DNA of 64,000 bases from NCBI GenBank assembly GCA_964016885.1, contig OZ024752.1:21638001-21702000 (forward strand). Reading direction: 5' to 3'. Below, in pieces: positions 39,501 through 53,554 of the stretch. The DNA is from Eledone cirrhosa (taxonomy: Eukaryota). Below the pieces are notes generated by a model. That model was not told the origin of the DNA. It did no database searches and saw only the letters and a program-made list of their open reading frames with translations. Every line of letters begins with the position of its first letter. Positions within the stretch are counted from its first letter, which is position 1. A program made the position numbers and the translations under genes.

Positions 39501-42500
39501 CAATACCACTATGACATATCTAGCTACCATCCATACCACTTTGATACATCTCGCTACCATCCATACCCACTATGATATATCTAGCTACCATCTATACCAT
39601 TTTGATAAATCTAGCTACTATCCATACCACTATGACATATCTAGCTACCATCTGTAGCACTTTGATACATATAGCTACCATCCATACCACTATGATACAT
39701 CTAGCTACCATCCATACCACTATGACATATCTAGCTACCATCTGTACCACTTTGATGCATCTAGCTACCATCCGTAACACTATGACATATCTAGCTACCA
39801 TCTGTACCACTATGACATATCGAGCTACCATCCATACCACTATGACATATCTTGCAAACATCCACTATTATCACATATCCATACGACTGACATATCTAGC
39901 TACCATCCACCATTATCACATATCCATACCACTATGACATATCTAGCTACCAACCATACCACTTTGACATATCTAGCTACCACCCGCACCACGTTGATAT
40001 ATCTAGCTGCCATCCTTACTCCTTTGATACACCTCGCTACCATCCATACCACTATGACATATCTAGCTACCACCCATACCACTTTGATATATCTATCTAC
40101 CATCCATACCACTATGATACATTTATCTCTCATCCATACCACTATGATACATCTATCTACCATCCATACCACTATGATACATCTATCTACCATCAGTACC
40201 ACTATGACATATCTAGCTACCATCCATACCACTATGACATATCTAGCTACCATCCACTATTATCACATATCCATACCACTATGATATATCTATCTACCAT
40301 CAGAATCACTATGACATATCTAGCTACCATCCATACCACTATGACATATCTAGCTACCATCCACTATTATCACATATCCATACCACTTTGATACATCTAC
40401 CTACCACCCCTACCACTATGACATATCTAGCTACCATCTGTAACAGTTTGACATATCTAGCTACCATCCATACCACTTTGATACATCTCGCTACCATCCA
40501 TACCACTATGACATATCTATCTACCATCTGTACCACTTTGATACATCTAGCTACCATCCATACCACTATGGCATATCTAGCTACCATCTGTAACAGTTTG
40601 ACATATCTAGCTACCATCCATACCACTTTGATACATCTCGCTACCATCCATACCACTATGACATATCTAGCTACCATCCATACCACTTTGATACATCTAG
40701 CTACCATCCATACCACTATGACATATATAGCTACCATCTGTACCACTTTGATACATCTAGCTACCATCCATACCACTATAACATATCTAGCTACCATCCA
40801 TACCACTATGACATATAGCTACCACCTGTACCACTTTGATACATCTAGCTACCATCCATACCACTATGACATATCTAGCTACCCTCCATACCACTATGAC
40901 ATATCTACCTACGATCTATACCACTATGACATATCTAGCTACCATCTGTACCACTTTGATACATCTAGCTACCATCCAAACCACTATGATACATCTAGCT
41001 ACCATCCATACCACTATGACATATCTAGCCACAATCCATATCACTATGATACATCTAGCTACCATCCATACCACTATGACATATCTAGCTACGATCCATA
41101 CCACTATGACATATCTACCAACCATCCATACCTCTATGATACATCTCGCTACCGTCCATACCACTATGACATATCTAGCTACCTTCCATACCACTATGAC
41201 ATATCTAGCTACCGTCCATACCACTATGATACATCTCGCTACCGTCCATACCACAATGACATATCTAGCTACCATCCATACCACTATGCCATATCTAGCT
41301 ACCATCTGTACTACTATGACATATCTAGCTACCATCGATACCACTATGATACAGCTCGCTACCGTTCATACCACTATGACATATCTAGCTACCATCCTTA
41401 CCACTATGACATATCGAGCTACCATCCATACCACTATGACATATCTAGCTACCATCCATACCACTATGATACATCTAGCTACCATCCATACCACTATGAC
41501 ATATCTAGCTACCATCCATACCACTATGACATATCTAGCTACCATCCATACCACTATGACGTTTATAGCTACCATCCATACCATTATGATAGATCTCCCT
41601 ACCAACCATACCACTATGACATATCTAGCTAACATCCATACCACTATGACATATTTAGCTTCTATCTATACCACTAATATACATCTCGCTACCATCATAG
41701 CACTATGACATATCTTGCTACCATATGTACCAATTTGATACATCTAGCTACCCTCCATACCACTATGACATATCTAGCTACCATCCATACCACTATGACA
41801 TATCTAGCTACCATCCATACCACTTTGATACATCTCGCTACCATCCATACCACTATGCCATATCTAGCTACCATCTGTACCACTTTGATACATCTCGCTA
41901 CCATCCATACCGCTATGACATATCTAGCTACCATCCATACCACTATGACATATCTAACTACCATCCATACCACTTTGATACATCTCGCTACCATCCATAC
42001 CCACTATGATATATCTAGGTAACATCCATACCACTATGACATACCTAGTTACCATCTGTACCACTTTGATACATCTCGCTACCATCCATACCACTATGAC
42101 ATATCTGCCTACCATCCATACCACTATGACATATCTAGCTACCATATGTACCACTTTGATGATCTAGCTACCATCCTTAACACTATGACATATCTAGCTA
42201 CCATCCATACCACTATGACATATCTAGCTACCATCCATACCACTATGATACATCTAGCTACCATCCATACCACTATGACATATCTATCTACCATCCATAC
42301 CAGTATGACATTTCGAGCAACCATCCATACCATTATGATAGATCTCCCTACCATCCATACCACTATGACATATCTAGCTACCATCAATAAAACTATGACA
42401 TATTTAGCTTCTATCCATACCACTAATATACATCTCGCTACCTTCATACCACTATGACATATCTAGCTACCATATGTACCACTTTGATACATCTAGCTAC

Positions 42501-45500
42501 CATCCATACCACTATGACATATCTAGCTACCATCGATAACACTATGACATATCTAGCTACCATCCATACCACTTTGATGCATCTAGCTACCATCCTTACC
42601 ACTATGACATATCTAGCTACCATCTGTACCACTATGACATATCTAGCCACCATCCATACCACTATGACCTATCTTGCAACCATCCACTATTATCACATAT
42701 CCATACGACTATGACATATCTAGCTGCCATCCACCATTATCACATATTCATACCACTATGACATATCTAGCTACCAACCATACCACTATGACATATCTAG
42801 CTACCACCCGCACCACGTTGATATATCTAGCTGCCATCCTTACTCCTTTGATACATCTCGCTACCATCCATACCACTATGACATATCTAGCTACCACCCA
42901 TACCACTTTGATATATCTATCTACCATCCATACCACTATGATACATTTATCTCTCATCCATACCACTATGATACATCTATCTACCATCCATACCACTATG
43001 ATACATCTACCTACCATCCATACCACTATGACATATCTAGCTACCATCCATACCACTATGATACATCTAGCTACCATCCATACCACTATGACATATCTAG
43101 CTACCATCTATACCACTATGACATATCTAGCTACCATCCATACCACTATGACATATCTAGCTACCATCCACTATTATCACATATCCATCCGACTATGACA
43201 TATCTAGCTACCATCCACTATTATCACATATCCATACCACTATGATATATCTATCTACCATCAATACCACTATGACATATCTAGCTACCATCCATACCAC
43301 TATGACATATCTAGCTACCATCCACTATTATCACATATCCATACCGCTTTGATACATCTACCTACCACCCTACCACTATGACATATCTAGCTACCATCCA
43401 TACCACTTTGATACATCTCGCTACCATCCATACCACTATGATATCTATCTACCATCTGTACCACTTTGATACATCTAGCTACCATCCATACCACTATGAC
43501 ATATGTAGCTACCATCTGTAACAGTTTGACATATCTAGCTACCATCCATACCACTTTGATACATCTCTACACCATCCATACCACTATGACATATCTAGCT
43601 ACCATCCATACCACTTTGATACATCTAGCTACCATCCATACCACTATGACATATATAGCTACCATCTGTACCACTTTGATATATCTAGCTACCATCCATA
43701 CCACTATGACATATCTAGCTACCATCCATACCACTATGACATATCTAGCTACCACTTGTACCACTTTGATACATCTATCTACCATCCATATCACTATATC
43801 ATATCTAGCTACCATCCATACCACTATGACATATCTAGCTACCATCCATACCACTTTGATAAATCTCGCTACCATCCATACCACTAAGACATATCTAGCT
43901 ACCATCCATACCACTTTGATACATCTAGCTACCTTCCATACCACTTTGATACATCTAGCTACCATCCATACCACTATGACATATATAGCTACCATCTGTA
44001 CCACTTTGATATATCTAGCTACCATCCATACCACTATGACATATCTAGCTACCATCCATACCACTTTGATACATCTCGCTACCATCTGTACCACTATGAT
44101 ATATCTAGCTACCATCCATACCACTATGACATATCTAGCTACCATCCATACCACTTTGATAAATCTCGCTACCATCCATACCACTATGACATATCTAGCT
44201 ACCATCTGTACTATATCGATACATATAACTACCATCCATACCACTATGATACATCTAGCTACAACCCATAAAACTATGACATAACTACCTACCATCTGTA
44301 CCACTTTGATACATCTAACTACCATCCATACCACTATGACGTATTTAGCTACCACCCGTACCACTTTGATATATCTAGCTACCATCTGTACCACTTTGAT
44401 ACATCTCACTACGATCCATACCACTATGATACATCTAGCTACCATCCATACCCCTATGATACATCTAGCTATCATCCATACCACTATGATACATCTACCT
44501 ACCATCCATACCACTATGACATATGTAGGCACCATCTGTATTACTTTGATACATCTCGCTACCATCCATACCACTATGATACATCTAGCTACCATCCATA
44601 CCACTATGACATATCTAGCCACCATCCATATCACTATGATACATCTAGCTACCATCCATACCATTATGACATATCTAGCTACGATCCATACCACTATGAC
44701 ATATCTAGCTACCATCCATACCTCTATGATACATCTCGCTACCGTCCATACCACTATGACATATCTAGCTACCTTCCATACCACTGTGCCATATCTAGCT
44801 ACCAGCTGTACCACTTTGATACATCTCGCTACTATCCTTACCGCTATGACATATCTAGCTACCATCCATACTACTATGACATATCTAGCTACCATCCATA
44901 CCACTTTGATACATCTCACTACCATCCATACCCACTATGATATATCTAGCTACCATCTATACCATTTTGATAAATCTATCTACCATCAATACCACTATGA
45001 CATATCTAGCTACCATCTGTAGCACTTTGATACATATAGCTACCATCCATACCACTATGACATACCTAGCTACCATCTGTACCACTTTGATACATCTCGC
45101 TACCATCCATACCACTACGACATATCTCGCTTCCATCCATACCACTATGACATATCTAGCTAACATCCATACCACTATGACATAGCTAGCTACCATCTGA
45201 ACTACTTTGATGCATCTAGCTACCATCCTTACCACTATGACATATCTAGCTACAATCTGTACCACTCTGACATATCTAGCTACCATCCATACCACTTTGA
45301 TACATCTCGCTACCATCCATACTACTATGCCATATCTAGCTACCATCTGTACCACTTTGATACATCTCGCTACCATCCATACCGCTATGTCATATCTAGC
45401 TACCATCCGTACCACTATGTTATATCTAACGACCATCCATACCACTTTGATACATCTCGCTACCATCCATACCCACTATGATATATCTAGCTACCATCTA

Positions 45501-48500
45501 TACCATTTTGATAAATCTAGCTACTATCCATACCACTATGACATATCTAGCTACCATCTGTAGCACTTTGATACATATAGCTACCATCCATACCACTATG
45601 ATACATCTAGCTACCATCCATACCACTATGACATACCTAGCTACCATCTGTACCACTTTGATACATCTCGCTACCATCCATACCACTATGACATATCTAG
45701 CTACCACCCATACCACTATGACATATCTAGCTACCATCTGTACCACTTTGATGCATCTAGCTACCATCCTTACCACTATGACATATCTACCTACCATCCA
45801 TACCACTATGACATATCTAGCTACCATCCATACCACTATGATACATCTAGTTACCATCCATACCACTATGACATATCTAGCTATCATCCATACCACTATG
45901 ACATTTCGAGCTACCATCCATACAATTATGATAGATCTCCCTACCATCCACACCACTATGACATATCTAGCTTCCATCCATACCACTATGACATATTTCG
46001 CTTCTATCCATACCACTAATATACATCTCGCTACCATCATCCCACTATGACATATCTAGCTATCATATGTACCACTTTGATACATCTAGCTACCATCCAT
46101 ACCACTATGACATATCTAGCTACCATCCATACCACTATGACATATCTAGCTACCATCCATACCACTATGACATATCTAGCTACCATCCACTATTATCACA
46201 TATCCATACCACTTTGATACATCTACCTACCATCCATACCACTATGACTTATCTAGCTACCATTCATACCACTTTGATACATCTAGCTACCATCCATACC
46301 ACTATGACATATCTACCTACCACCCATACCACTATGATACAGCTCGCTACCGTACATACTACTATGACATATCTAGCTACCATCCATACCACTATGACAT
46401 ATCTAGCTACCATCCATACCACTTTGATACATCTCGCTACCATCCATACCCCTATGACATCTAGCTACAATCTGTACCACTTTGATACATCTAGCTACCA
46501 TCCATACCACTATGACATATTTAGCTACCATCTGTAACAGTTTGACATATCTAGCTACCATCCATACCACTTTGATATATCTCGCTACCATCCATACCAC
46601 TATGACATATCTAGCACCCATCCATACCACTATGACATATCTAGCTACCATTCATACCACTTTGATACATCTAGCTACCATCCATACCACTATGACATAT
46701 ATAGCTACCATCTGTACCACTTTGATACATCTAGCTACCATCCACTATTATCACATATCCATACGACTATGACATATCTAGCTACCATCCACTATTATCA
46801 CATATCCATACCACTATGATATATCTAGCTACCATCTGTACCACTATGACATATCTAGCTACCATCCATACCACTATGACATATCTAGCTACCATCCAAT
46901 ATTATCACATATCCATACCACTTTGATACATCTACCTACCATGCATACCACTATGACTTATCTAGCTACCATTCATACCACTTTGATACATCTAGCTACC
47001 ATCCATACCACTATGACATATCTAGCTACCAACCATACCACTATGATACAGCTCGCTACCGTACATACTACTATGACATATCTAGCTACCATCCATACCC
47101 CTATGACATCTAGCTACCATCTGTACCACTTTGATACATCTAGCTACCATCCATACCACTATGACATATCTAGCTACCATCTGTAACAGTTTGACATATC
47201 TAGCTACCATCGATACCACTTTGATACATCTCGCTACCATCCATACCACTATGACATATCTAGCTACCATCCATACCACTATGACATATCTAGCTACCAT
47301 CCATACCACTATGATACATCTAGCTACCATCCATACCACTATGACATTTATAGCTACCATCCATACCACTTTGATACATGTAATGACCATCCATACCACT
47401 ATGACATATCTAGCTACCATCCACTATTATCACATATCCATACCACTTTTATACATCTACCTACCATCCATACCACTATGACTTATCTAGCTACCATTCA
47501 TACCACTTTGATACATCTAGCTACCATCCATACCACTATGACATATCCAGCTACCATCCATACCACTATGATACAGCTCGCTACCGTACATACTACTATG
47601 ACATATCTAGCTACCATCCATACCACTATGACATATCTAGCTACCATCCATACCACTTTGATACATCTCGCTACCATCCATACCCCTATGACATCTAGCT
47701 ACCATCTGTACCACTTTGATACATCTAGCTACCATCCATACCACTATGACATATTTAGCTACCATCTGTAACAGTTTGACATATCTCGCTACCATCCATA
47801 CCACTATGACATATCTAGCTCCCATCCATACCACTATGACATATCTACCTACCATCCATACCACTTTGATACATCTAGCTACCATCCATACCACTATGAC
47901 ATATATAGATACCATCTGTACCACTTTGATACATCTACCTACCATCCATACCACTATGTCATATCTAGCTACCATCCACTATTATCACATATCCATACCA
48001 CTATGACATATCTAGCTACCATCGATACCACTATGACATATCTAGCTACCATCCACTTTTATCACATATCCATACCACTTTGATACATCTACCTACCATG
48101 CATACCACTATGACTTATCTAGCTACCATTCATACCACTTTGATACATCTAGCTACCATCCATACCACTATGACATATCTAGCTACCTCCATACCACTTT
48201 GATACATCTCGCTACCGTACATACTACTATGACATATCTAGCTACCATCCATACCTCTATGACATATCTAGCTACCATCCATACCACTTTGATACATCTA
48301 GCTACCATCCATACCACTATGTCATATCTAGCTACCATCCATACCACTATGACATATCTAGCTACCATCCATACCTCTATGACATATCTAGCTACCATCC
48401 ATACCACTTTGATACATCTAGCTACCATCCATACCACTATGACATATCTAGCTACCATCCCTACCACTTTGATACATCTATCTACCATCCATACCACTAT

Positions 48501-48570
48501 GTCATATCTAGCTACCATCCATACCACTATGACATATCTAGCTACCATTTGTATCACTTTGATACATCTA
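27521..48570. repeat. 30-bp tandem satellite, ~700 copies, with higher-order structure
   Basis: Unit CTAGCTACCATCCATACCACTATGACATAT, alternating with an ACTTTGATACAT variant. Recurrent 17-bp insertion (CTATTATCACATATCCA) and 1-2 bp indel variants. Confidence 0.98.
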
Positions 48571-48694
48571 CTCTTAGCAACATCTTCTACCATTACATGT
48601 TTTATTAACCAAGCTAAAATGTTTCTTCCTTGTCTTCTACATCTCAACATTGTTCTGAAATGTTAACTTAACCAAATCTTTGTAAACATTTCAG

Positions 48695-48727
48695 ACCCAC
48701 CAGACCAACTCCACCAACATTCCTGAG
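48695..48727 (+). CDS. Candidate 33-nt micro-exon of a host gene (PTRPTPPTFL if joined in phase to the 8972-9051 exon)
   Basis: TCTTTGTAAACATTTCAG acceptor and GAG|GTAAAA donor; the length preserves frame. Confidence 0.3.
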
Positions 48728-49086
48728 GTAAAACTTATGCACGTTACTCTGTGTCGTTATGTGTCCACATTTCAGTTTATTTATTTTGTTAGCACTGTCA
48801 TATCTCTGGAGACTGGCACTTTGGATTCACAGAAATATATTTTGTCACAATTTTGGTAATAATGTCTGTGAATTCTTTCGAGGTCTGTTTAATGGGGTTT
48901 TTATTGTGTTATTTATGATGTAGTGAGAGTACCTTTAACCCTTCCGTTACTATATATTATTTCTAATAAAATGCACAGTATTGGAATTAAACATTGAAGA
49001 ATTTGGAGGGATTTTAAAAAATAATTAATCATTTCTTTAAGATTGTATTTGTAATATAAAAAAGTCTAAAGTCTGTCTTAAGCCAG

Positions 49087-49342
49087 AAGGCTCATTTGGC
49101 CAGTGCTTATCCCGGTTTCATGGCGTGAAGCGACTGAGAGTACAAGACTCCCCCCTGGACAGGACGCCAGTCCATCGCAGGGTTAAACCTCCAGCTATTG
49201 CTGGTACTCATTTTCAGCTGAGTAAACTGGAGCAACGTGAAATAAAGTGTCTTGCTCAAGGAAACAACACATAACCGGGTCCGAGAATTGAACTCACAAC
49301 CTTTCGATTGCAAGCCTAACCACTAAGCCATGTGTCTTCACT
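49087..49342 (-). mobile_element. tRNA-derived SINE (second family)
   Basis: Minus strand: A-box TGGCTTAGTGG, B-box GAGTTCAATTC, body CCTTGAGCAAGACACTTTA, V-domain-like CCCTGCGATGGACTGGCGTCCTGTCCAGGGG (recalled similarity), tail GAAACCGGGATAAGC. Confidence 0.8.
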
Positions 49343-49959
49343 TGTAACATAACAAGAAGTAAAAATATATGTTCAAAGGTTTTAACTTGTAGATGGATGG
49401 CTGGTCTCCTAACTCCTGAGGAAGTCATGGGACACTGTATTGACATATGGCGCTTCTAGGACATTTTGTTTTCAACCTGGCAGAGCCCATCTCCTCTCCA
49501 GGTCTTATGTAGGAATCTTTTAAAATAGGAAGTTATGTTTCATAGAACCAGAGGTGCTTTGGAGCTTGTCGGTATGTTGTATGAACAGAGTTAAGTATGC
49601 TGTAATGTTAATAGATAACAAGCTTTTTTGCAGTATTACTTCCATCAACTGCAAAGAATTGTAGGGGATAGATCTGGTACTGTTAAAATCTTGCAATCTT
49701 GCAATCACACGAAACAAGTTTCTGCAGCAAGTGTGCTCTATAAAATATATATAAACCACATCCCATCACATAAGCCATATCCCATCACATAAGCCATATC
49801 CTATCAAAACATAGAGTAATGATCCTGTTGTAGTATGGATACTGTTTTACAATGATCTGTGTATTCATACTTTTACACACACACTCTCAACATTGGATGC
49901 TAAAACCGACACATAAGATAAGAGCTATCTGTGTTACGCAGTTTGGGAATTTTAAGTGA

Positions 49960-50057
49960 AGACATATCAGTTCAAAGTGAAAATAATAGTTTCAAAGTGG
50001 GCATGTGTCTGATCAAAGTGAGAATATTGATTTCAAAGTGAGAATATTGATTTCAAT
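49960..50057 (+). repeat. ~21-bp periodic TTTCAAAGTGAG repeats
   Basis: 4-5 degenerate units, e.g. TCAAAGTGAGAATATTGATT twice. Confidence 0.6.
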
Positions 50058-50172
50058 TTTATGGTGAACTCATGCCACTTAAACGAAATCTAAACTTATT
50101 TGATTTTTTGATTTATCGAGGGGTTTGGATGATTTGAAAGTTGAAACGTTTGAATCTAAACACAAAATGGCT

Positions 50173-50978
50173 ATAATAATAATTGTTTCTACTTTTGGCA
50201 CAAGGCCAGCAATTACCCAGTACATTACTGGTACTTTATTTTATCGACCCCGTAAGGATGAAAGGCAAAGTTAACCTCAGCGGGAAATGAACTCCGATCA
50301 TAAAGGGACGTAACTCTTTGTGTCAAAGCTTGGCGTCCAATCCTCTACTGATACTGCCAATCCACCGCTCTAATGGCTATAATAATAATGGTTTCTGATT
50401 TAGGCACAAGGCCAACTATTTGGGAGGATGAAGACAATTAAATCGCCTCCAGTGCATTACTGGTGCTTTATTTTATTGACCTTGTAAGAATGAAAGGCAA
50501 AGCAAACCTAGGCAAGATTTGATCTCAGAATGTAAAGGAAGCTAACTAAATGCCACAAAGCATGTTGTCTAATGATCTATCGATACTGCCAATCCACCAC
50601 CTTTGACATAAGTAATCATTGTATCTACATTTGGCACAAGGCCAGCAATTACCCAGTACATTACTGGTACTTTATTTTATCAACCCCATAAGGATGAAAG
50701 GCAAAGTTAACCTCAACGGGATTTGAACTCAGACCGTAAAGGGATGTAACTATGCTGGAAAGCATGGCGTCCGACCCTCTACCGATACTGCCAATTCACA
50801 AGGACATCAATTTTAGGGGTGGGGAAAGTTGATTAAATTGACCCCAGTGCATTACTGGTACTTTATTTTATCAACCCTATAAGGTTGAGAGGTAAAGCTA
50901 ACCTTGGTGAGATTTGATCTTATAATGTAAAGGGATGTAACTACATGACACAAAGCATGTTGTCCACCGATACTGCCA
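50173..50978 (-). mobile_element. Cluster of four tandem SINE copies (same family as 1908-2298; short and long subtypes)
   Basis: Reverse complement of the 1.9-kb SINE at ~50173-50368, 50380-50600, 50614-50797 and 50798-50978 (3'-clipped). An 18-bp TSD AATGGCTATAATAATAAT (50166-50183 and 50372-50389) flanks the first copy. Confidence 0.85.
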
Positions 50979-50980
50979 TA

Positions 50981-51134
50981 ATAATAATAGCTTTAGCAAA
51001 TCAGGTAAAATACCTTTGGGAACATTAAAAACAATTGAATTGAAGAGACACAGAGTGTGATTCTGTGTAGAGGCTGTGGCTGCCTTTGTCTGTCCCTAAA
51101 GGTATTTTACCTCATTTTCTAAAGCTATCATTAT
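50981..51134. mobile_element. MITE-like element with 44-bp terminal inverted repeats
   Basis: 50981-51024 ATAATAATAGCTTTAGCAAATCAGGTAAAATACCTTTGGGAACA vs the reverse complement of 51091-51134: 39/44 matches, 66-bp spacer. Confidence 0.65.
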
Positions 51135-51203
51135 TTGATTGACAAAGAATATTCATTGTATCTTCTCATAGAGAAAATGTAATGCTTAGACAGACAGTAT
51201 TAA

Positions 51204-51410
51204 CCCCATAGCATTTACATTACTCTATATTTACTATTGTATTTTGATGGTAAAGGCTTTACCTCACATAATATTGAATCTATGAGATTTTGATATTATT
51301 TATTCTGAGAACAATGCCTAAAGTTGGTATGAGTGGTCAGTTAAGGCCGGTTTGAACAAAAACAGGTGAGAGGATTCTAGCCGGATACAGCCAGTTTAAA
51401 TGCTAAAGAG
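51204..51410. mobile_element. piggyBac-like MITE
   Basis: TTAA|CCCCATAGCATTTA ... TAAATGCTAAAGAG|TTGA: degenerate 14-bp TIRs with a TTAA-like target site. Confidence 0.6.
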
Positions 51411-51542
51411 TTGAAGAAATATTGGATAAAGAAGTTACAAGTATCTAAAGTTGCTCACAGTCAGCTGATAGATTGATATGTTCTAGAGAAATATTACACC
51501 CATACAATGAATTTATTTTTTGTTTTTTTTTGCTTCATTAAT

Positions 51543-52299
51543 TCTAGGGCGGGTAAAATTCCCGAGATCCATGGACGAGTTCTCTCCAGTGGTCTCTGTC
51601 TCTCATTATCGCTGCCATGTCCTGCGACTCCAACAGACTAGTGTCTGCCCTTAGGGCATCAACATTCGTTAACCTTGGTCTTCCTCTTCCAGTGTGTCTA
51701 TGTAGGGGCTCCAACAGGAGCACTGAATGCAATGTCAACTCTGGATGTCGGTGACATGTCAAGCTAACCTCAGTCTCTTCTGAGTTTTCATCCTCAGTGT
51801 ATACTGATTAATGTTCAGAGCCATCCTCAGCATTCTCGTGTAGCACCCATCCACCATCTGAGTGAGTTTCTTGGTCAGTGTCCAAGTCTCAGACTCATAC
51901 ACCAGCACAGACTCAACTACAGCAATGAAGAGCAGGAGAATTAAGGCGAAAAAGATATCAGATGCTAAATTTGCCGACGACATAGTCTTTGTGACAAATA
52001 CAGTGAAGGAGGCAGAGGATTTGATGCAGGAGGTTGAGACTGCATCGATGAGTGTGGGGCTGAGAATGAATGAGACTAAAACAAAATATCTGGTAGAGAA
52101 TGTTGAGAAGCCAGAGGGGATCACTAATGTAGGCGAGAACCGCTAGAATTGGTTGAGGACTTCCTGTATTTGGGAGCAAAGATTGGGAATACGGAAGATG
52201 ATGTGGCTGAGAGGAAGAGCAAAGCCTTGGCGGCGTGCCACAGCTTGAGATCAGTGTGGAAGTCGGACCTTCGTAAAGACCTGAAAATCCACTTCTTCA
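51543..52299 (-). mobile_element. 5'-truncated, 5'-inverted RTE-like LINE fragment with 13-bp TSD
   Basis: Minus 51930-51544: FIAVVESVLVYESETWTL..CYTRMLRMAL..RLRLA/CHRHPE..GRGRP. Plus 51925-52304: KFADDIV..VGLRMNETKTKY..EDFLYLG..VWKSDLRKDLKIHFFIA. TSD TTGCTTCATTAAT at 51530-51542 and 52300-52312. Confidence 0.88.
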
Positions 52300-52425
52300 T
52301 TGCTTCATTAATGGACTGATAAAATCTTATAATTAACCATATAGTTCACATTGTGGACATTACAAATAATGTCAAACTAACATTAATATCACTATACAAT
52401 TTAGCTCCCGTTTCTTCTACAACAA

Positions 52426-53470
52426 CTACAACGGTACGTGATGGGGCCTACCCACAGCCCCGGCGGACAGAATGGAGAAGGCGTTTCCCCGGAGGACGGC
52501 GAGGGAGATGCGATGGAAGAGCCACTCCAACTCACGGGGCTCACACCTGTGGCTGGCCAGCTCAGCGCCTATGGTGGTGAGTAAGGAGGTAGCCCTGGGG
52601 CTGAGGACACCAGAAGTCTCCACTGCCAGGGGTATGACCACAAACCTGTCGGAGAGCGACCGGTATTTGAGGAGTTTGCCCCCCTCAGCCCGACGTGCAG
52701 CAGAGCCTTGGTCAGTCGCAGACTGCACCAGGCTGCAGCTGCAGAAAGTGTCGGTGCAAGTGGCATCCCAGACGAGGGGTTTGCCACCGCGGAATGGGAA
52801 GATGGTCATGCCATCTGACCTTTTGCTGTCCCCTCGATCCAGCCCCGCGGGCTCGAGCTGGGAAGTGAAGCCTGCAGCGTCCAAGCCATGCTTAATGACC
52901 TCGTTGAGGGCAGTATGGCGTGGAATGCGGCCGGCACTGTGGCGACAGGAAAGCGGGTGGAGGCCGAAAGAGTCCACGGTGGAAACGCAGCAACATTGGT
53001 GTGGCTGGCAGATCCGGAGGCCGAGCCTCAGGGAAACGCCGATACGCAGGCTATGGTTGTCTAGCTGCATGCCAGTGGAGAAGGAGGGTAGGGCATGGAG
53101 CCAGGCACCACTGTGGGGTTTGGAGGCTGCACGAAAACAAGCAAGGCGGTGCTGGTCGAGCTGGCGCGTGAGCCTGTCTGAGACCAGGCTGCACTGGATG
53201 GCATCCCAAGTACGTTGGGGGGACTTGACGTCAACAGGGGGAGAAGGAGGAGGGACGTCTACTGGGCTAAGTCCCAGCTGGTCCCACGTCTCACAGGCGG
53301 CCTCACATTCTCTGAACGGAGACCGAAGGCCAAGGCCGCCATACCTGACAGGTAAAGTGGCCTGTTGCCACCCTATGTCATCAAACTTAATGTTGCATAT
53401 CTCCTCAGCTGCTGCTCAGATACAAGTATCGAGGTCAGCGAGGAGAGATGTCTGGGTGTAGCACGGAGCG
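52426..53470 (-). pseudogene. CRE-like ORF, C-terminal part (RT thumb, Zn knuckle, REL endonuclease)
   Basis: WQQATLPVRYGGLGLRS, SGAWL, LRLG..CCC..HPLSC..RHTALN, EP..KRSDG..WDATCTDT, AE..K..KY, PLAVETSG. Confidence 0.88.
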
Positions 53471-53554
53471 AAACATTTTCAACTTTTCCACATCCACTCT
53501 GTCTGAATGTTCTCTTAACGTAATATCTGCTCCAAGATCTATTTAAGATTTGTT

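Noticed and set aside
27604-48666. Long Thr/His-rich (TYLATIHTTM)n, (YHPYHYDISS)n and (MVARYVIVVW)n ORFs as structural proteins
   Set aside because: A 30-bp unit lacking stops in several frames on both strands yields these automatically; frequent 1-2 bp and 17-bp indels switch frames; no signal peptide or splice structure.
52472-53461. 329-aa plus-strand ORF and other overlapping GC-rich ORFs at 52.3-56.9 kb
   Set aside because: Antisense or alternative frames of the CRE-like ORF; no independent motifs.
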